A stretch of DNA of 64,000 bases, from the NCBI GenBank assembly GCA_963777505.1, contig CAVZQN010000008.1:288001-352000 (forward strand), read 5' to 3'. Below the pieces are notes generated by a model. It made no database searches, was not told the DNA's origin, and worked only from the letters and a program-made list of their open reading frames with translations. Every line of letters starts with the position of its first letter. The first letter of the stretch is position 1. This document shows, piece by piece, positions 11,159-20,682 of this stretch. The translations under genes were made by a program, and so were the position numbers. Source of the DNA: an uncultured bacterium (lineage in GTDB: Bacteria > Acidobacteriota > HRBIN11 > JAKEFK01).

Positions 11159-12934
11159 TTGTCTCTAGAAAAAAGTGTCTCGTCGAGAGAGGCTGTGGCA
11201 CTGAGTTTGCTTTACGAAATAATCCGGAGGGTTCATTTGCGATCTACTGTAACTATTTTTGTTGTCTCTGCGATTTTTCTCTTTGCGTTTGGAATCTCAA
11301 ACGCAGGTGCTCAAACAATTACAATCACCGAAATTGCTAACAATTTGGTTCGCCCTATTGCAATTGCAAATGCAGGAGACAACTCCGGGCGTCTCTTCAT
11401 CGTCCAGCAAAGCGGACAAATTCTTATTCACGATGGCACTCAAGTATTAGGAACGCCTTTTCTAGATATTTCCGCGTTGATTTCTTGCTGCGGTGAACGA
11501 GGCCTGCTCAGTGTAGCATTTCATCCTAATTATGAAAGTAATGGCTTCTTTTATGTTTTTTATACGGCTGGATCTCCAAATACTGGAGATTTGAAAATCG
11601 ATCGTTTTACGGTTTCTGGAAATCCGAATATTGCAAACCCAATGTCACGGCAGCCGATCATAAGCATTGATCATTCGGATCACGGTAATCACAATGGCGG
11701 CCAGCTTAAATTTGGTCCGGATGGAATGCTTTATGCCTCGACTGGTGATGGTGGAGGAAGTGGGGATCCGAATGAGAATGGACAAAACATCAATACACTT
11801 CTTGGAAAAATTCTGCGCTTGAATGTAAGTACCTTGCCTTACACAAATCCAGGCGACAACCCATTTGTTGGTCAAGCAGGTGCTGATGAAATCTGGGCCT
11901 ACGGCTTGAGAAATCCGTGGCGATTTACTTTTGATCGTGTGACTGGAGACATGTTTATTGGCGATGTTGGTCAAGGCTGTTATGAAGAAGTAAGTCAACA
12001 GCCCGCTAGCAGTAATGGTGGTGAGAATTATGGCTGGGACGAATTAGAAGGAAACAAGTGTTACGACGATCTTGGAGGAAGTAATTGCAATCTTCCGCCT
12101 ACATGTAACTTCGCAAATAAGGTCATGCCCATCTTTACTTATGCTCATGCAGACAATCCTGCTTATCAAGCTGTAACAGGTGGTTATGTCTATCGCGGAG
12201 TTGGAAGTCCAGCTTTAGCTGGAAAGTATATTTACGCAGATTATGGTTCAGGTCATCTTTGGGCGGCAACAAAAACCGGTGGAAATTGGACGACACAATT
12301 GTTGGAAGATACTCCCTACTTTATTAGTAGTTTCGGAGAAGCTGAAAACGGCGAAATTTATTTTGCTCATAATAGTGATATTGATGGCAGAGTGTTTCAC
12401 ATCAGCGCAGCACCTGAACTTCCATATATCGATAATTTTTCAGATGGCGATGCCAGTGATTGGACTGTTGTAAAAGGAAACTGGGCGGTGGTCAGCGAAA
12501 ATCTGCAAGGGGAACACACTAAAAAAGCTGAAGTGATATCTCCTTTTAGTGGATGTGGAGATTGCACAATCGACACTGATGTCCAGGTAATTACACCAGG
12601 CGCCCGTGTTTCTTTAATTGGTTGGTATCAAGGAAAACGAGATCTTGTTGAACTAATTGTTTATGAAGAACAAAACAAGATCGTTTTGAAACAAAAATCC
12701 AATCAGGCAACTGTCGCAAAGAAAAAAGCCGAAGTGATCGTAAATCCGGGTGTAGATTATCACGTAAAAATTGACTTTGATGGTTCGGTATTTACAGTTT
12801 TTTGGGACGGAGGTATGACGCCTGTAATTACATTGAACTCACAAGCTCCTTCTGTAGGAAGTGTGGGGTTCAGAGTGAAGTCTACGACTAAAACAAGCGT
12901 CACAGGGAGTTTCCGCGAAATTGCGGTAAATTGA
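11159..12934 (+). CDS. Exported PQQ-dependent glucose/sorbosone dehydrogenase family protein with an extra C-terminal beta-rich domain
   Basis: ERGLLSVAFHP, NHNGGQLKFGPDGMLY, LLGKILR, GLRNPWR, NYGW; signal-peptide-like segment; true start may be downstream of 11159. Confidence 0.88.
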   Translation: MSLEKSVSSREAVALSLLYEIIRRVHLRSTVTIFVVSAIFLFAFGISNAGAQTITITEIANNLVRPIAIANAGDNSGRLFIVQQSGQILIHDGTQVLGTPFLDISALISCCGERGLLSVAFHPNYESNGFFYVFYTAGSPNTGDLKIDRFTVSGNPNIANPMSRQPIISIDHSDHGNHNGGQLKFGPDGMLYASTGDGGGSGDPNENGQNINTLLGKILRLNVSTLPYTNPGDNPFVGQAGADEIWAYGLRNPWRFTFDRVTGDMFIGDVGQGCYEEVSQQPASSNGGENYGWDELEGNKCYDDLGGSNCNLPPTCNFANKVMPIFTYAHADNPAYQAVTGGYVYRGVGSPALAGKYIYADYGSGHLWAATKTGGNWTTQLLEDTPYFISSFGEAENGEIYFAHNSDIDGRVFHISAAPELPYIDNFSDGDASDWTVVKGNWAVVSENLQGEHTKKAEVISPFSGCGDCTIDTDVQVITPGARVSLIGWYQGKRDLVELIVYEEQNKIVLKQKSNQATVAKKKAEVIVNPGVDYHVKIDFDGSVFTVFWDGGMTPVITLNSQAPSVGSVGFRVKSTTKTSVTGSFREIAVN

Positions 12935-13004
12935 TTCTAAAGTATTAGTGAGGAGAATAAGGGGATTAGGCGGATTCGGAGGGGGTCTCGGAATCCGTTA
13001 TAGT

Positions 13005-13050
13005 GGCCCGATCGGCGTTCAGGGGCGCGTATCGGGCCCTTTATTTTTTT
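13005..13050 (+). terminator. Probable Rho-independent terminator
   Basis: GGCCCGAT...ATCGGGCC stem followed by CTTTATTTTTTT. Confidence 0.65.
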
Positions 13051-13193
13051 CTAAAAACATTTTTCTCTGAAACGTTCCGAGTAGCACTTTTTGTCAGCTC
13101 CAGGGTAGAAAACTGTCATTGCAGGTTTGTTCCACCTCGACTGACATCGTGGCATTAGGTTTGCTCAGTAAAAGCCTGTCCAGGAGGTCCCGC

Positions 13194-14909
13194 ATGGGAA
13201 TATTGAGGACTCACCCTTATTCTGTTGCAAAAATTGCTGTATTTTTTGCATTTTTTGCCGCGATCTTTTGTTTTGCATTCGTCAGCGATGTTTTTGCAGC
13301 TGACTCAAAAAGAAATAACCGTCAAAGAACCGAAGAGCCAAGCATTGCTTCACCCACCAAGATATTTACGGGCAGAGCTCCGCTTCCAGCTCCAACCGGT
13401 GCAGTTCCTTTGATTGACGCAACATCAGCCGTAGAACCGATTACGATCGAAGGCGGTCATGTGCTTCGAAGAATTGGTTTTGGGCCTAACAAAAAGGATC
13501 TCAAGAACTACAAAAAGAAAGGCTTCAGCAGCTATATCAATGAACAGTTGAATCCGGGATCCATCAATGATTCTAAAGCCGATAAAAAACTGCCGAAGAT
13601 ACCAAATAACGAGGACAATATCCTTGATTCCGATATGATCCGGCGTTGGTATATTCGAATGATTTTTACTCGCCGTGTTCTTTTGGAAAAGATGACCCTT
13701 GTTTGGCACGAACATTTCTCCACATCACAGGAAAAAGTTTTATCTGGTGCGCTGATGCTGGAGCATGAAAATAATTTGCGTGCGTATGCGCTAGGAAACT
13801 TTCGCGATTTCCTTATTAAGATGTCACAAGACCAGGCGATGTTGATCTGGCTGGATAACAATAATAATCGCGGGGATCTTTACGACATACCAACAGATAT
13901 AGGCAGCAAGCCTAATGAAAATTATGCACGCGAATTTCTTCAATTATTTTCAACGGGTACTACTTTATTAAACATTGACGGCACTCCAATTCTTGACGGT
14001 GTCGGTAACCCTGTGCCGGCCTACACCGAAGAAGATATTCTTCACGTATCTCTGGCAATGAGTGGATGGGCTACTCCATGGCCGCGACGATTCAACAATG
14101 TCGAATTCCGGTCATGTATCCACAATGATGACACCAAAACTTTGTTCACAACTGATCCTCAAGGTGGAATCGTCATTCCAGGACATGCGGAATGTAATCC
14201 TGCAGGTGAAGATGAAACTACAGCCGTTGTTGATGCAGTTCTGACGCGTCGCGCAGACACAGTTGCAGCATTTATTTCAAAAATGCTGATTCAAAAGCTT
14301 GTGACTGAAACGCCGTCACCTGCATATGTTGCAGCAGTTGCAACAGTTTTTCGTGACACAGGTTGGAATATTAAGGAAGCAGTTCGCACAATTCTCACTT
14401 ACTCTTCCGATGGTGTTGGTGGAACGCCTGAAATTCTGAAAGCTGAAAATATTCGTTCCATGCATAAGGAACCAATTGAATATGTAATCGGTGCCGTTCG
14501 AGCTTTCAATGCTAAAACCAAGGATTATGAAATGCTTGATTGGACCTTTGATATGGGTCAACTCGCATATTGGCCTCCATCAGTTTTCAGTTTTTACCCA
14601 CCCGGAAACAAAGGAGCTTTAGTCAGCACGGCGTATGTATTTATTCGCGACAGAGTTGCTGATGAATATGTTCGGGGCTGGTCAGACACGTATATTCAGA
14701 TCGAAAAATTGATGTCGAAATTTAATCTAGACACAGCTGAAGATGCAGTGGCTTACCTTGAAACTCAAATGCTGGCTCATCCAATTTCGGAACCCAATAG
14801 AACTACCTTGCTGAATTATGCAGGAGGTCCTACTGCACAGATGGATGAAACAACACTTCGAGGTTTAATCTGGATGGTTATGTGCTCGCCGGATTATCAG
14901 AGGAACTAA
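13194..14909 (+). CDS. DUF1800 family protein with N-terminal signal-like segment
   Basis: HVLRRIGFG, LLEKMTLVWHEHF, AMLIWLDN, PNENYAREFLQLF, PPSVFSF, SPDYQ; AGGAGG RBS before ATG 13194. Confidence 0.88.
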   Translation: MGILRTHPYSVAKIAVFFAFFAAIFCFAFVSDVFAADSKRNNRQRTEEPSIASPTKIFTGRAPLPAPTGAVPLIDATSAVEPITIEGGHVLRRIGFGPNKKDLKNYKKKGFSSYINEQLNPGSINDSKADKKLPKIPNNEDNILDSDMIRRWYIRMIFTRRVLLEKMTLVWHEHFSTSQEKVLSGALMLEHENNLRAYALGNFRDFLIKMSQDQAMLIWLDNNNNRGDLYDIPTDIGSKPNENYAREFLQLFSTGTTLLNIDGTPILDGVGNPVPAYTEEDILHVSLAMSGWATPWPRRFNNVEFRSCIHNDDTKTLFTTDPQGGIVIPGHAECNPAGEDETTAVVDAVLTRRADTVAAFISKMLIQKLVTETPSPAYVAAVATVFRDTGWNIKEAVRTILTYSSDGVGGTPEILKAENIRSMHKEPIEYVIGAVRAFNAKTKDYEMLDWTFDMGQLAYWPPSVFSFYPPGNKGALVSTAYVFIRDRVADEYVRGWSDTYIQIEKLMSKFNLDTAEDAVAYLETQMLAHPISEPNRTTLLNYAGGPTAQMDETTLRGLIWMVMCSPDYQRN

Positions 14910-14921
14910 GGGAGAATAACG

Positions 14922-16247
14922 ATGAAAAAATACACAAGACGAGACTTCGTTAAAAGTGCGGCACTCGCTGCAGCGGGATTAAGTCTTCGAAATCCAGTAA
15001 TTGAAGCGGCTGCTAAAACTGCAAGAAAAGCTGTTGCTCCCGGGATCGTATCAGCTAACGAAAAAGTGGTTGTTGTCATCAATTTGTTCGGTGGAAATGA
15101 CGGCCTTAATACAGTCGTTCCAATTGCCCCTGCAAGTGTGTACAACGAATATCTCGCATTGAGACCAATTTCAGGTCTGGGGTTTGATTTATCTGAAGTT
15201 TTACCGCTGACTGGAGTAACGAACTATGGCCTACGACCCCATATGCAAGCTTTCCAGACATTATTTAACTCTGGAAATCTTTCAATCATTAATGGCGTAG
15301 GAGTTCCTCTGAACGCAATCCGAAAATATGATCACGATGCGCAGCAAAATACATTTCAAAGCTGTAATACGGGATCTGGTGGATTGCAGGTACCCTCCGG
15401 TTGGATGGGTCGCTATTGTGATGCTGCCCCATTAGGTGCAATTCCTCCAGGAATCGACCTCGGTGGCGGACGACTAATGGTGAGCGGACAGGTTCGTCAA
15501 CCAGTCAGTATTTACACCCTGGATGATTTTCAGCTTCAAATTTCAGTAGGGAATCCAGAATACAGCATGAGACTTGCCACCTATGAAGCCATTATGAACA
15601 CTCCGGTTCCAGAAGGTGGCGTCGGTGAACAAAATCGATTGTATCGCGTTGAAGCGATGGCGCAGTCTGAAGCGATTTTTGAAGCGATTGAAGGATATCC
15701 AACTCCACAAGCAGGACAACCCGGATCGCCATATAAAAATACGTGGCTTGCTAGACAGCTTCAAGAAGCAGCGAAATTAATTTATGGAAATATAGGCGCA
15801 CAATGTATGGCACTTGGGATTGGAGGATTCGATTCACATAGTGCTCAGGAAGCTCTTGTTGGAAACCCACCGATGCCATGGCATGGGTATTTGATGAATC
15901 GCGTGGCCGAATCAGTTAAAGCAATGTTTGATGATTTAACAACGCTTGGACTTGCGAATCGTGTACTGATACTCACGATTTCAGAATTCGGAAGAACTCC
16001 TTGGGAAAACATCGATGGCGGAACAGATCATGGAATCGCATCCTCAGCTTTCGTTGTAGGAACCACTGCGAACATAAATGGGGGGATCTATGGGACCTAT
16101 CCAAGTTTGACTAATTTTGGAAATGAGGATGGTCTCTTAACGTCTGTTGACTTCAGATCGGTGTATTCAACCATCGTAGCCAACTTTTTGAATGCAGATC
16201 CAAATCCAGTGTGCGGCGGAAATTTCCCACTCCTTACATTTTGTTAG
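14922..16247 (+). CDS. DUF1501 family protein, Tat-exported
   Basis: TRRDFVK Tat motif; LFGGNDGLNTVVP, GGFDSH, SEFGRT, GTDHG, VDFRSVY. Confidence 0.9.
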   Translation: MKKYTRRDFVKSAALAAAGLSLRNPVIEAAAKTARKAVAPGIVSANEKVVVVINLFGGNDGLNTVVPIAPASVYNEYLALRPISGLGFDLSEVLPLTGVTNYGLRPHMQAFQTLFNSGNLSIINGVGVPLNAIRKYDHDAQQNTFQSCNTGSGGLQVPSGWMGRYCDAAPLGAIPPGIDLGGGRLMVSGQVRQPVSIYTLDDFQLQISVGNPEYSMRLATYEAIMNTPVPEGGVGEQNRLYRVEAMAQSEAIFEAIEGYPTPQAGQPGSPYKNTWLARQLQEAAKLIYGNIGAQCMALGIGGFDSHSAQEALVGNPPMPWHGYLMNRVAESVKAMFDDLTTLGLANRVLILTISEFGRTPWENIDGGTDHGIASSAFVVGTTANINGGIYGTYPSLTNFGNEDGLLTSVDFRSVYSTIVANFLNADPNPVCGGNFPLLTFC

Positions 16248-16284
16248 CAAAAATATCATGGAGGGGGCTCTATGATAATCCTGC

Positions 16285-16312
16285 GTGAGGAGCGGTGGCT
16301 TCCGCTCCTCAC
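16285..16312. terminator. Perfect 11-bp hairpin between convergent genes
   Basis: GTGAGGAGCGG-TGGCTT-CCGCTCCTCAC. Confidence 0.5.
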
Positions 16313-16707
16313 CAGGAGATCAGCTTCTCTCTGACCTCTGGTGGCACCGGACTCGATTTCTTCTCTTTGTGATTGTAAAAAACTTGAATCGTTTTCCCAA
16401 TAGCAAACAATTCCGAAGATTCTGAGTTTTTGATTTCATAATCCCAGACAAAGCTGCTTTTGCCGATTGAAGATGTGCGAAGTCCAACCTCGATTTGATC
16501 CCCGAAATGCGCCGGTTTCTTGAAATCGCACTCCGCATGTACAACAATAAAATTCAAATCATACAAATCTTTACCGCCAAAAACTTTCAGCCAGAATTCC
16601 GTGCGGGCGGATTCCATGTACGTAAAATAACTTGCATTATTTACATGGCCCAGGACATCAATATCGCGGAATCGAACTGCAAAACAAATTGTGAATTGCT
16701 TGCTCAT
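16309..16707 (-). CDS. Acyl-CoA thioesterase (4HBT/YbgC hotdog family)
   Basis: [25 protein letters not shown] motif. Confidence 0.9.
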   Translation of the reverse strand: MSKQFTICFAVRFRDIDVLGHVNNASYFTYMESARTEFWLKVFGGKDLYDLNFIVVHAECDFKKPAHFGDQIEVGLRTSSIGKSSFVWDYEIKNSESSELFAIGKTIQVFYNHKEKKSSPVPPEVREKLISW

Positions 16708-17777
16708 TCAAATTGCATCCGCGAGCGAAGAAGTTTCATCAACTCCTCCCGCCGATCATAAAGACGTTTCAAAGGTCTGGGTTCATGTTTCGCAAGTGAA
16801 TATGCAGTTAAGATTGGAAGCGCAATCGTCGTGTCTACATAACACACGACAGAGCCAGGAAGTTTATCAGGATCCACTTTCCCCCATGAAACAGCTTCAC
16901 CTGGTGTTGCACCGGAAAGCCCGCCAGTATCAGGTCTTGCATCCGTAAATTGTAAGAAATAATCATGGCCCTTTTCTTCAATGCCAAGAACTTCCTGCAA
17001 CTGTGGCTCAGTTTGAAGTACAAAATTTTTTGGAGAACCGCCTCCAACTAACATTACCCCGCTCTTTCCGCCCGATGCTTTTGCGCTTAATACGATGGAT
17101 GCCGTTTCATTGACATCTATGTTCGGATCGATGACGAGTTTATTACCTTTCAGCGACATCGCAGCAATGTTCATTCCGATCGAACTATCGCCTGGTGAGG
17201 AAGTATAAATAGGAATTCCACACTGATAAGCTGTTGTCAAAATTGATTTATGCTGGCCCAGAGCTTTTTCCTTTTCCGCAACAAACTTTCCTGCCAAATA
17301 ATGAAATTCAGCAGTACCCATCGCCTTTTGAAATTCTTCCCCTTGAATAAGCTTTCTGTAAAATGCATCCGTGGAAAGCAAAACCTGATATTCAAAAAAG
17401 ATGTCATAAATCCGCACGATGCCTTCTGCGCGTAGTTTTACATCATCTACAAACGCACTTCCCTGATGTAGATCCAGGCCGATACCAAAATGCGTATCAT
17501 GGTAAACATTTGCGCCGGTACTAACAATCCAATCGATGAATCCTGCTTCCATTAATGGAATCAAACAAGACATTCCAACCCCTGCAGGGGTTAACGCGCC
17601 TGTCAAGCTCACACCAACAGTCACATCACTCTGAAGCATCCGTTCAGTAAACAACTGGCATCCTTCACGAAGACGCCCTGCGTTGTAAGACAAAAATGTT
17701 TGATCAACAAGATCAGAAAGCGGAATATTTTTTTCGATTTTTTTAGGGTGAATTTTCTTGCCGTGTAATTTGGCCAT
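16704..17777 (-). CDS. Deoxyhypusine synthase-like protein (probable homospermidine synthesis)
   Basis: [45 protein letters not shown] with the catalytic Lys. Confidence 0.92.
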   Translation of the reverse strand: MAKLHGKKIHPKKIEKNIPLSDLVDQTFLSYNAGRLREGCQLFTERMLQSDVTVGVSLTGALTPAGVGMSCLIPLMEAGFIDWIVSTGANVYHDTHFGIGLDLHQGSAFVDDVKLRAEGIVRIYDIFFEYQVLLSTDAFYRKLIQGEEFQKAMGTAEFHYLAGKFVAEKEKALGQHKSILTTAYQCGIPIYTSSPGDSSIGMNIAAMSLKGNKLVIDPNIDVNETASIVLSAKASGGKSGVMLVGGGSPKNFVLQTEPQLQEVLGIEEKGHDYFLQFTDARPDTGGLSGATPGEAVSWGKVDPDKLPGSVVCYVDTTIALPILTAYSLAKHEPRPLKRLYDRREELMKLLRSRMQFE

Positions 17778-17850
17778 AAATGTATCCAATCAGGAATGTT
17801 GGGATCTAAACTCAACCGCAGGGCGGCTTAGTTTCGTTTTCAAATGGAAA

Positions 17851-18072
17851 TTAATTTTTGCAACCGCAAGAGCTCGGAGTACAGCAGCAACCACCTTTAT
17901 ATACAGGCAACGGTTCGTATTTTTGACCGGATGAATTTGCCATTCCGAAACGGGAAAATTGCTTGGTCAGAAGATCGCTTTTGCAGTTCGGGCAATTTAC
18001 ATCTTCGTTTCGCTGAACCAGCTTCTCAAATGTTTTGCTGCAATCATCGCAAACATATTCGTAAATCGGCAT
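17851..18072 (-). CDS. FmdB-family zinc ribbon protein with Cys-rich tail
   Basis: MPIYEYVCDDC...CPNC; C-terminus GGCCCTPSSCGCKN; GGAGG RBS. Confidence 0.85.
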   Translation of the reverse strand: MPIYEYVCDDCSKTFEKLVQRNEDVNCPNCKSDLLTKQFSRFGMANSSGQKYEPLPVYKGGCCCTPSSCGCKN

Positions 18073-18203
18073 GAAGCCTCCGAACGGACATTATACTGTC
18101 AGAATAGAGCCCATGCTACAGCGGTAGCCCAACTGCCAGGAAGTGTCCACTAATTAGTACAGATCCAGATACGTAAATGCTTGTTAAATAAGAACATAGC
18201 AAA

Positions 18204-18219
18204 TGGCACGTACGTTGCT
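18204..18219 (+). promoter_or_regulatory. Sigma54 (-24/-12) promoter
   Basis: TGGCAC-GTACG-TTGCT matches consensus TGGCAC-N5-TTGCW just upstream of GGAGG and ATG 18238. Confidence 0.8.
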
Positions 18220-18237
18220 TAAATTGGAGTCGGAGGT

Positions 18238-20121
18238 ATGACCATGAACATCATAAAGAAAGCGGTAATGGTTCTCGCAATTGTTATAGGGATAGGAACG
18301 ATACAACCTGCATCCGCGGGTCTTTCGTTTTCCGTAGGCACGGATGATTTTTATCTATCCGTTGGAAATTACGATTATTTGCCTTACACCTACAATCACT
18401 CTCCTCAATACGCGCCGCGTGTCAATTTTCACGATGTGATGAGCGATTACGGTGCTTGGGTTAGTGTTTCACCTTTTGGCCGTGCTTGGCGTCCTTACGC
18501 CGATTATGGTTGGAGGCCCTACGTACACGGACATTGGATGAATACGAGATACGGAATGACTTGGCAAGGCTATGAACCCTGGGCATGGGCCGGATATCAC
18601 TATGGTAACTGGATCTGGACTCGCAATTATGCTTGGGTTTGGATTCCTGGTTACGAGTGGCACCCTGGTCGTGTTACCTGGTCGCATGGTTATGACACCA
18701 TTGGATGGTCTCCTCAACCTCCGAATGGATATGACTATTCACGAGGATATTTGAGCCACCGTGGCCAATATAACCAGTACAATTACGACGATCCAGATTT
18801 TTACGATGATCGTTATGATGATGACGATGATTACTATGAGGGCCGATATGACGATCGCTATAACGATAACTATAGTTACGGCGGGCCCTATTACGATTCC
18901 CGTTACAGGGATCTTTACTACAACCCTGCATATTCAAACATCAGCGTAAATCTGTGGGTGTTTGTTAACAATAGCAACTTTGGATATGACAATTATGCCG
19001 ACTACTACCTGGACCGTGATTACACTCACAACGTATTTCAGCGCAGATTGGCGCGAATCTCATCTCGCCCAATCCAAGCTCAACAGGTAGAACGCATCGT
19101 AAAACAAAGATTGCCTGTTGTTGAAGTACAAGAACACGAACTGCAGACCGAAAAGCAGAAAGTAAAAGTGATCGTTCCTGTTGGTCAAGAAGAACGGATC
19201 AGGAAACACGCGAATAGAACAGTACGTGACGTGATCGCTCCTGCATTTGTAAAAAACCAAAAGGTTTTTAAAGGTCAAACAGCTCAGAATGAAAAAGCAG
19301 TTGAGAAGATTTTCCGACAAGAAAATCGACAGCCAAAAATTGAAAAGGTAGATTCGACTGAAATCATTCGAAGAGCAGAGCAATCAAAAAAAGAACACGA
19401 GACCAAACGGGTACAGCTCACGAAGCGGCAAGTGGTAGAAGTCGAGCGGATCGATAAAGCAGCGAAGACTCGTCCGCCGAGAAATGACAAGCAGTTGGAA
19501 AATATCCAACCAAAACAGAAGGTGGAACCCAAGCAAGAACGGAATCAACAGTTCGAGCGTGAACAAAAAGTAGAGCCAAAGAAATCGAATGAGCCTGCTA
19601 AACGGCAGGAGCTCGAGCAACAAAAGCAACAAGAATTAGATCAACAGAAAAAGAGTAAGGAACGCGAAATCCAGCAGCAGAATCAGTTGCAGCAACAAAA
19701 GCAACGACAGCGTGAAATCGAGCAGCAAAGAGATCGCGAGATTCAACAACAAAAACAGCGCGAAATCGAGCAGCAACAAAAGCAGCGCGATACTGAGCAG
19801 CAGAAGAAACGTGATCTTGACAACCAGTTAGAGCAGCAAAGACAGCGCGATATTGAAAAACAACAGCAAGAAGTTGAACAGCAGAAGAACAAACAACGCG
19901 AAATCGAACAGGAAAAACAGCGCCAAGAAGATGAGGCTGCAGAATCGGATGTAAAGCGTTCCGAACGTAATAAGGATGCGGATGCTGAAAAGCAAAAACA
20001 GCAGGAAGAAGAAAAGAAGAAGCAGAATGAAAAGTCTAAAAAAGACAAAAAGAAACAGCAGGATTCTCAAAATCAAAACAGCGATGATGACAAGAGAATC
20101 CGCAGTCACCGCTCCTTCTAA
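18238..20121 (+). CDS. Exported DUF6600-like protein with Tyr/Asp-rich insert and long Gln/Glu/Lys-rich tail
   Basis: Signal peptide ending ASA; WRPY..GHW, EPWAWAGYHYGNW, WVWIPGYEWHPGRVTW motifs; low-complexity C-terminal third. Confidence 0.75.
   Translation: MTMNIIKKAVMVLAIVIGIGTIQPASAGLSFSVGTDDFYLSVGNYDYLPYTYNHSPQYAPRVNFHDVMSDYGAWVSVSPFGRAWRPYADYGWRPYVHGHWMNTRYGMTWQGYEPWAWAGYHYGNWIWTRNYAWVWIPGYEWHPGRVTWSHGYDTIGWSPQPPNGYDYSRGYLSHRGQYNQYNYDDPDFYDDRYDDDDDYYEGRYDDRYNDNYSYGGPYYDSRYRDLYYNPAYSNISVNLWVFVNNSNFGYDNYADYYLDRDYTHNVFQRRLARISSRPIQAQQVERIVKQRLPVVEVQEHELQTEKQKVKVIVPVGQEERIRKHANRTVRDVIAPAFVKNQKVFKGQTAQNEKAVEKIFRQENRQPKIEKVDSTEIIRRAEQSKKEHETKRVQLTKRQVVEVERIDKAAKTRPPRNDKQLENIQPKQKVEPKQERNQQFEREQKVEPKKSNEPAKRQELEQQKQQELDQQKKSKEREIQQQNQLQQQKQRQREIEQQRDREIQQQKQREIEQQQKQRDTEQQKKRDLDNQLEQQRQRDIEKQQQEVEQQKNKQREIEQEKQRQEDEAAESDVKRSERNKDADAEKQKQQEEEKKKQNEKSKKDKKKQQDSQNQNSDDDKRIRSHRSF
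19663..19914 (+). repeat. Intragenic degenerate repeats encoding about 8 REIEQQ-like units
   Basis: Recurrent CGCGAAATCGAGCAGCAA-like units, all in frame. Confidence 0.75.
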
Positions 20122-20131
20122 TGTAATGTTT

Positions 20132-20163
20132 AAGCCCGGCTTCTAACGAAGCCGGGCTTTTTT
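20132..20163 (+). terminator. Rho-independent terminator
   Basis: AAGCCCGGCTTC-TAAC-GAAGCCGGGCTT followed by a T-run. Confidence 0.85.
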
Positions 20164-20571
20164 CTTTGCCTCTCGCTTTCCTGATACGGCAGCAGATTTC
20201 ATTTTTGTCGAAGATTTGCTTGCATTCCCGCCAATTGAATCTCTTAACTTTTTCGGTAGGCCTTCCAACACAAGCTTGTAAGACCCCTCAAGTAGTTTCT
20301 CGAGTTCAGCTTTGCGAATAGCCTCCAAATTAGTTACTGAAACCCAGTGATGGCGAGCTAGATATGGTGCGGGAATAACACCATTTCTTAACGTGAGCTC
20401 AGAAAACTCTTCCGGCGTGCATTTAAAGGCAACGTTGTCCGGTTCTGGTTCTAAGCCCACAACAGCAAACATTTTTCCCCCAACACGGAACAAGAGATCC
20501 TTTTCCCATTGAATGTCTTCTGTTGCGCCAGAAAACGAAAGACATACCTTGCGAATGGACTCAAAATTCAT
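20143..20571 (-). CDS. MmcQ/YjbR family protein
   Basis: FRVGGKMFA, FKCTPEEF, PAPYLARHHWV, SYKLV..LPKK. Confidence 0.88.
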   Translation of the reverse strand: MNFESIRKVCLSFSGATEDIQWEKDLLFRVGGKMFAVVGLEPEPDNVAFKCTPEEFSELTLRNGVIPAPYLARHHWVSVTNLEAIRKAELEKLLEGSYKLVLEGLPKKLRDSIGGNASKSSTKMKSAAVSGKREAKKKARLR

Positions 20572-20654
20572 AATTTGACTGTACCGCAGCTCGATTCCAT
20601 ATTCCAGATGCCGGATGATTGAGACCATCAAAGGACGATAAGATCGTTCCTGGG

Positions 20655-20682
20655 ATCCAGTATCCAGTATCTAGCATCCAGT
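20655..20682. repeat. Four tandem heptamers (ATCCAGT x3, ATCTAGC x1)
   Basis: ATCCAGT ATCCAGT ATCTAGC ATCCAGT in the intergenic region upstream of nuoE. Confidence 0.7.

Noticed and set aside
19560-19930. Repeated CGCGAAATCGAGCAG-like units as a possible CRISPR array
   Set aside because: Degenerate, irregularly spaced, in frame within a coding tail; no unique spacers or cas genes.
19743-20109. Cys/Phe/Leu-rich minus-strand ORFs
   Set aside because: Antisense shadows of the Q/E/K-rich region.
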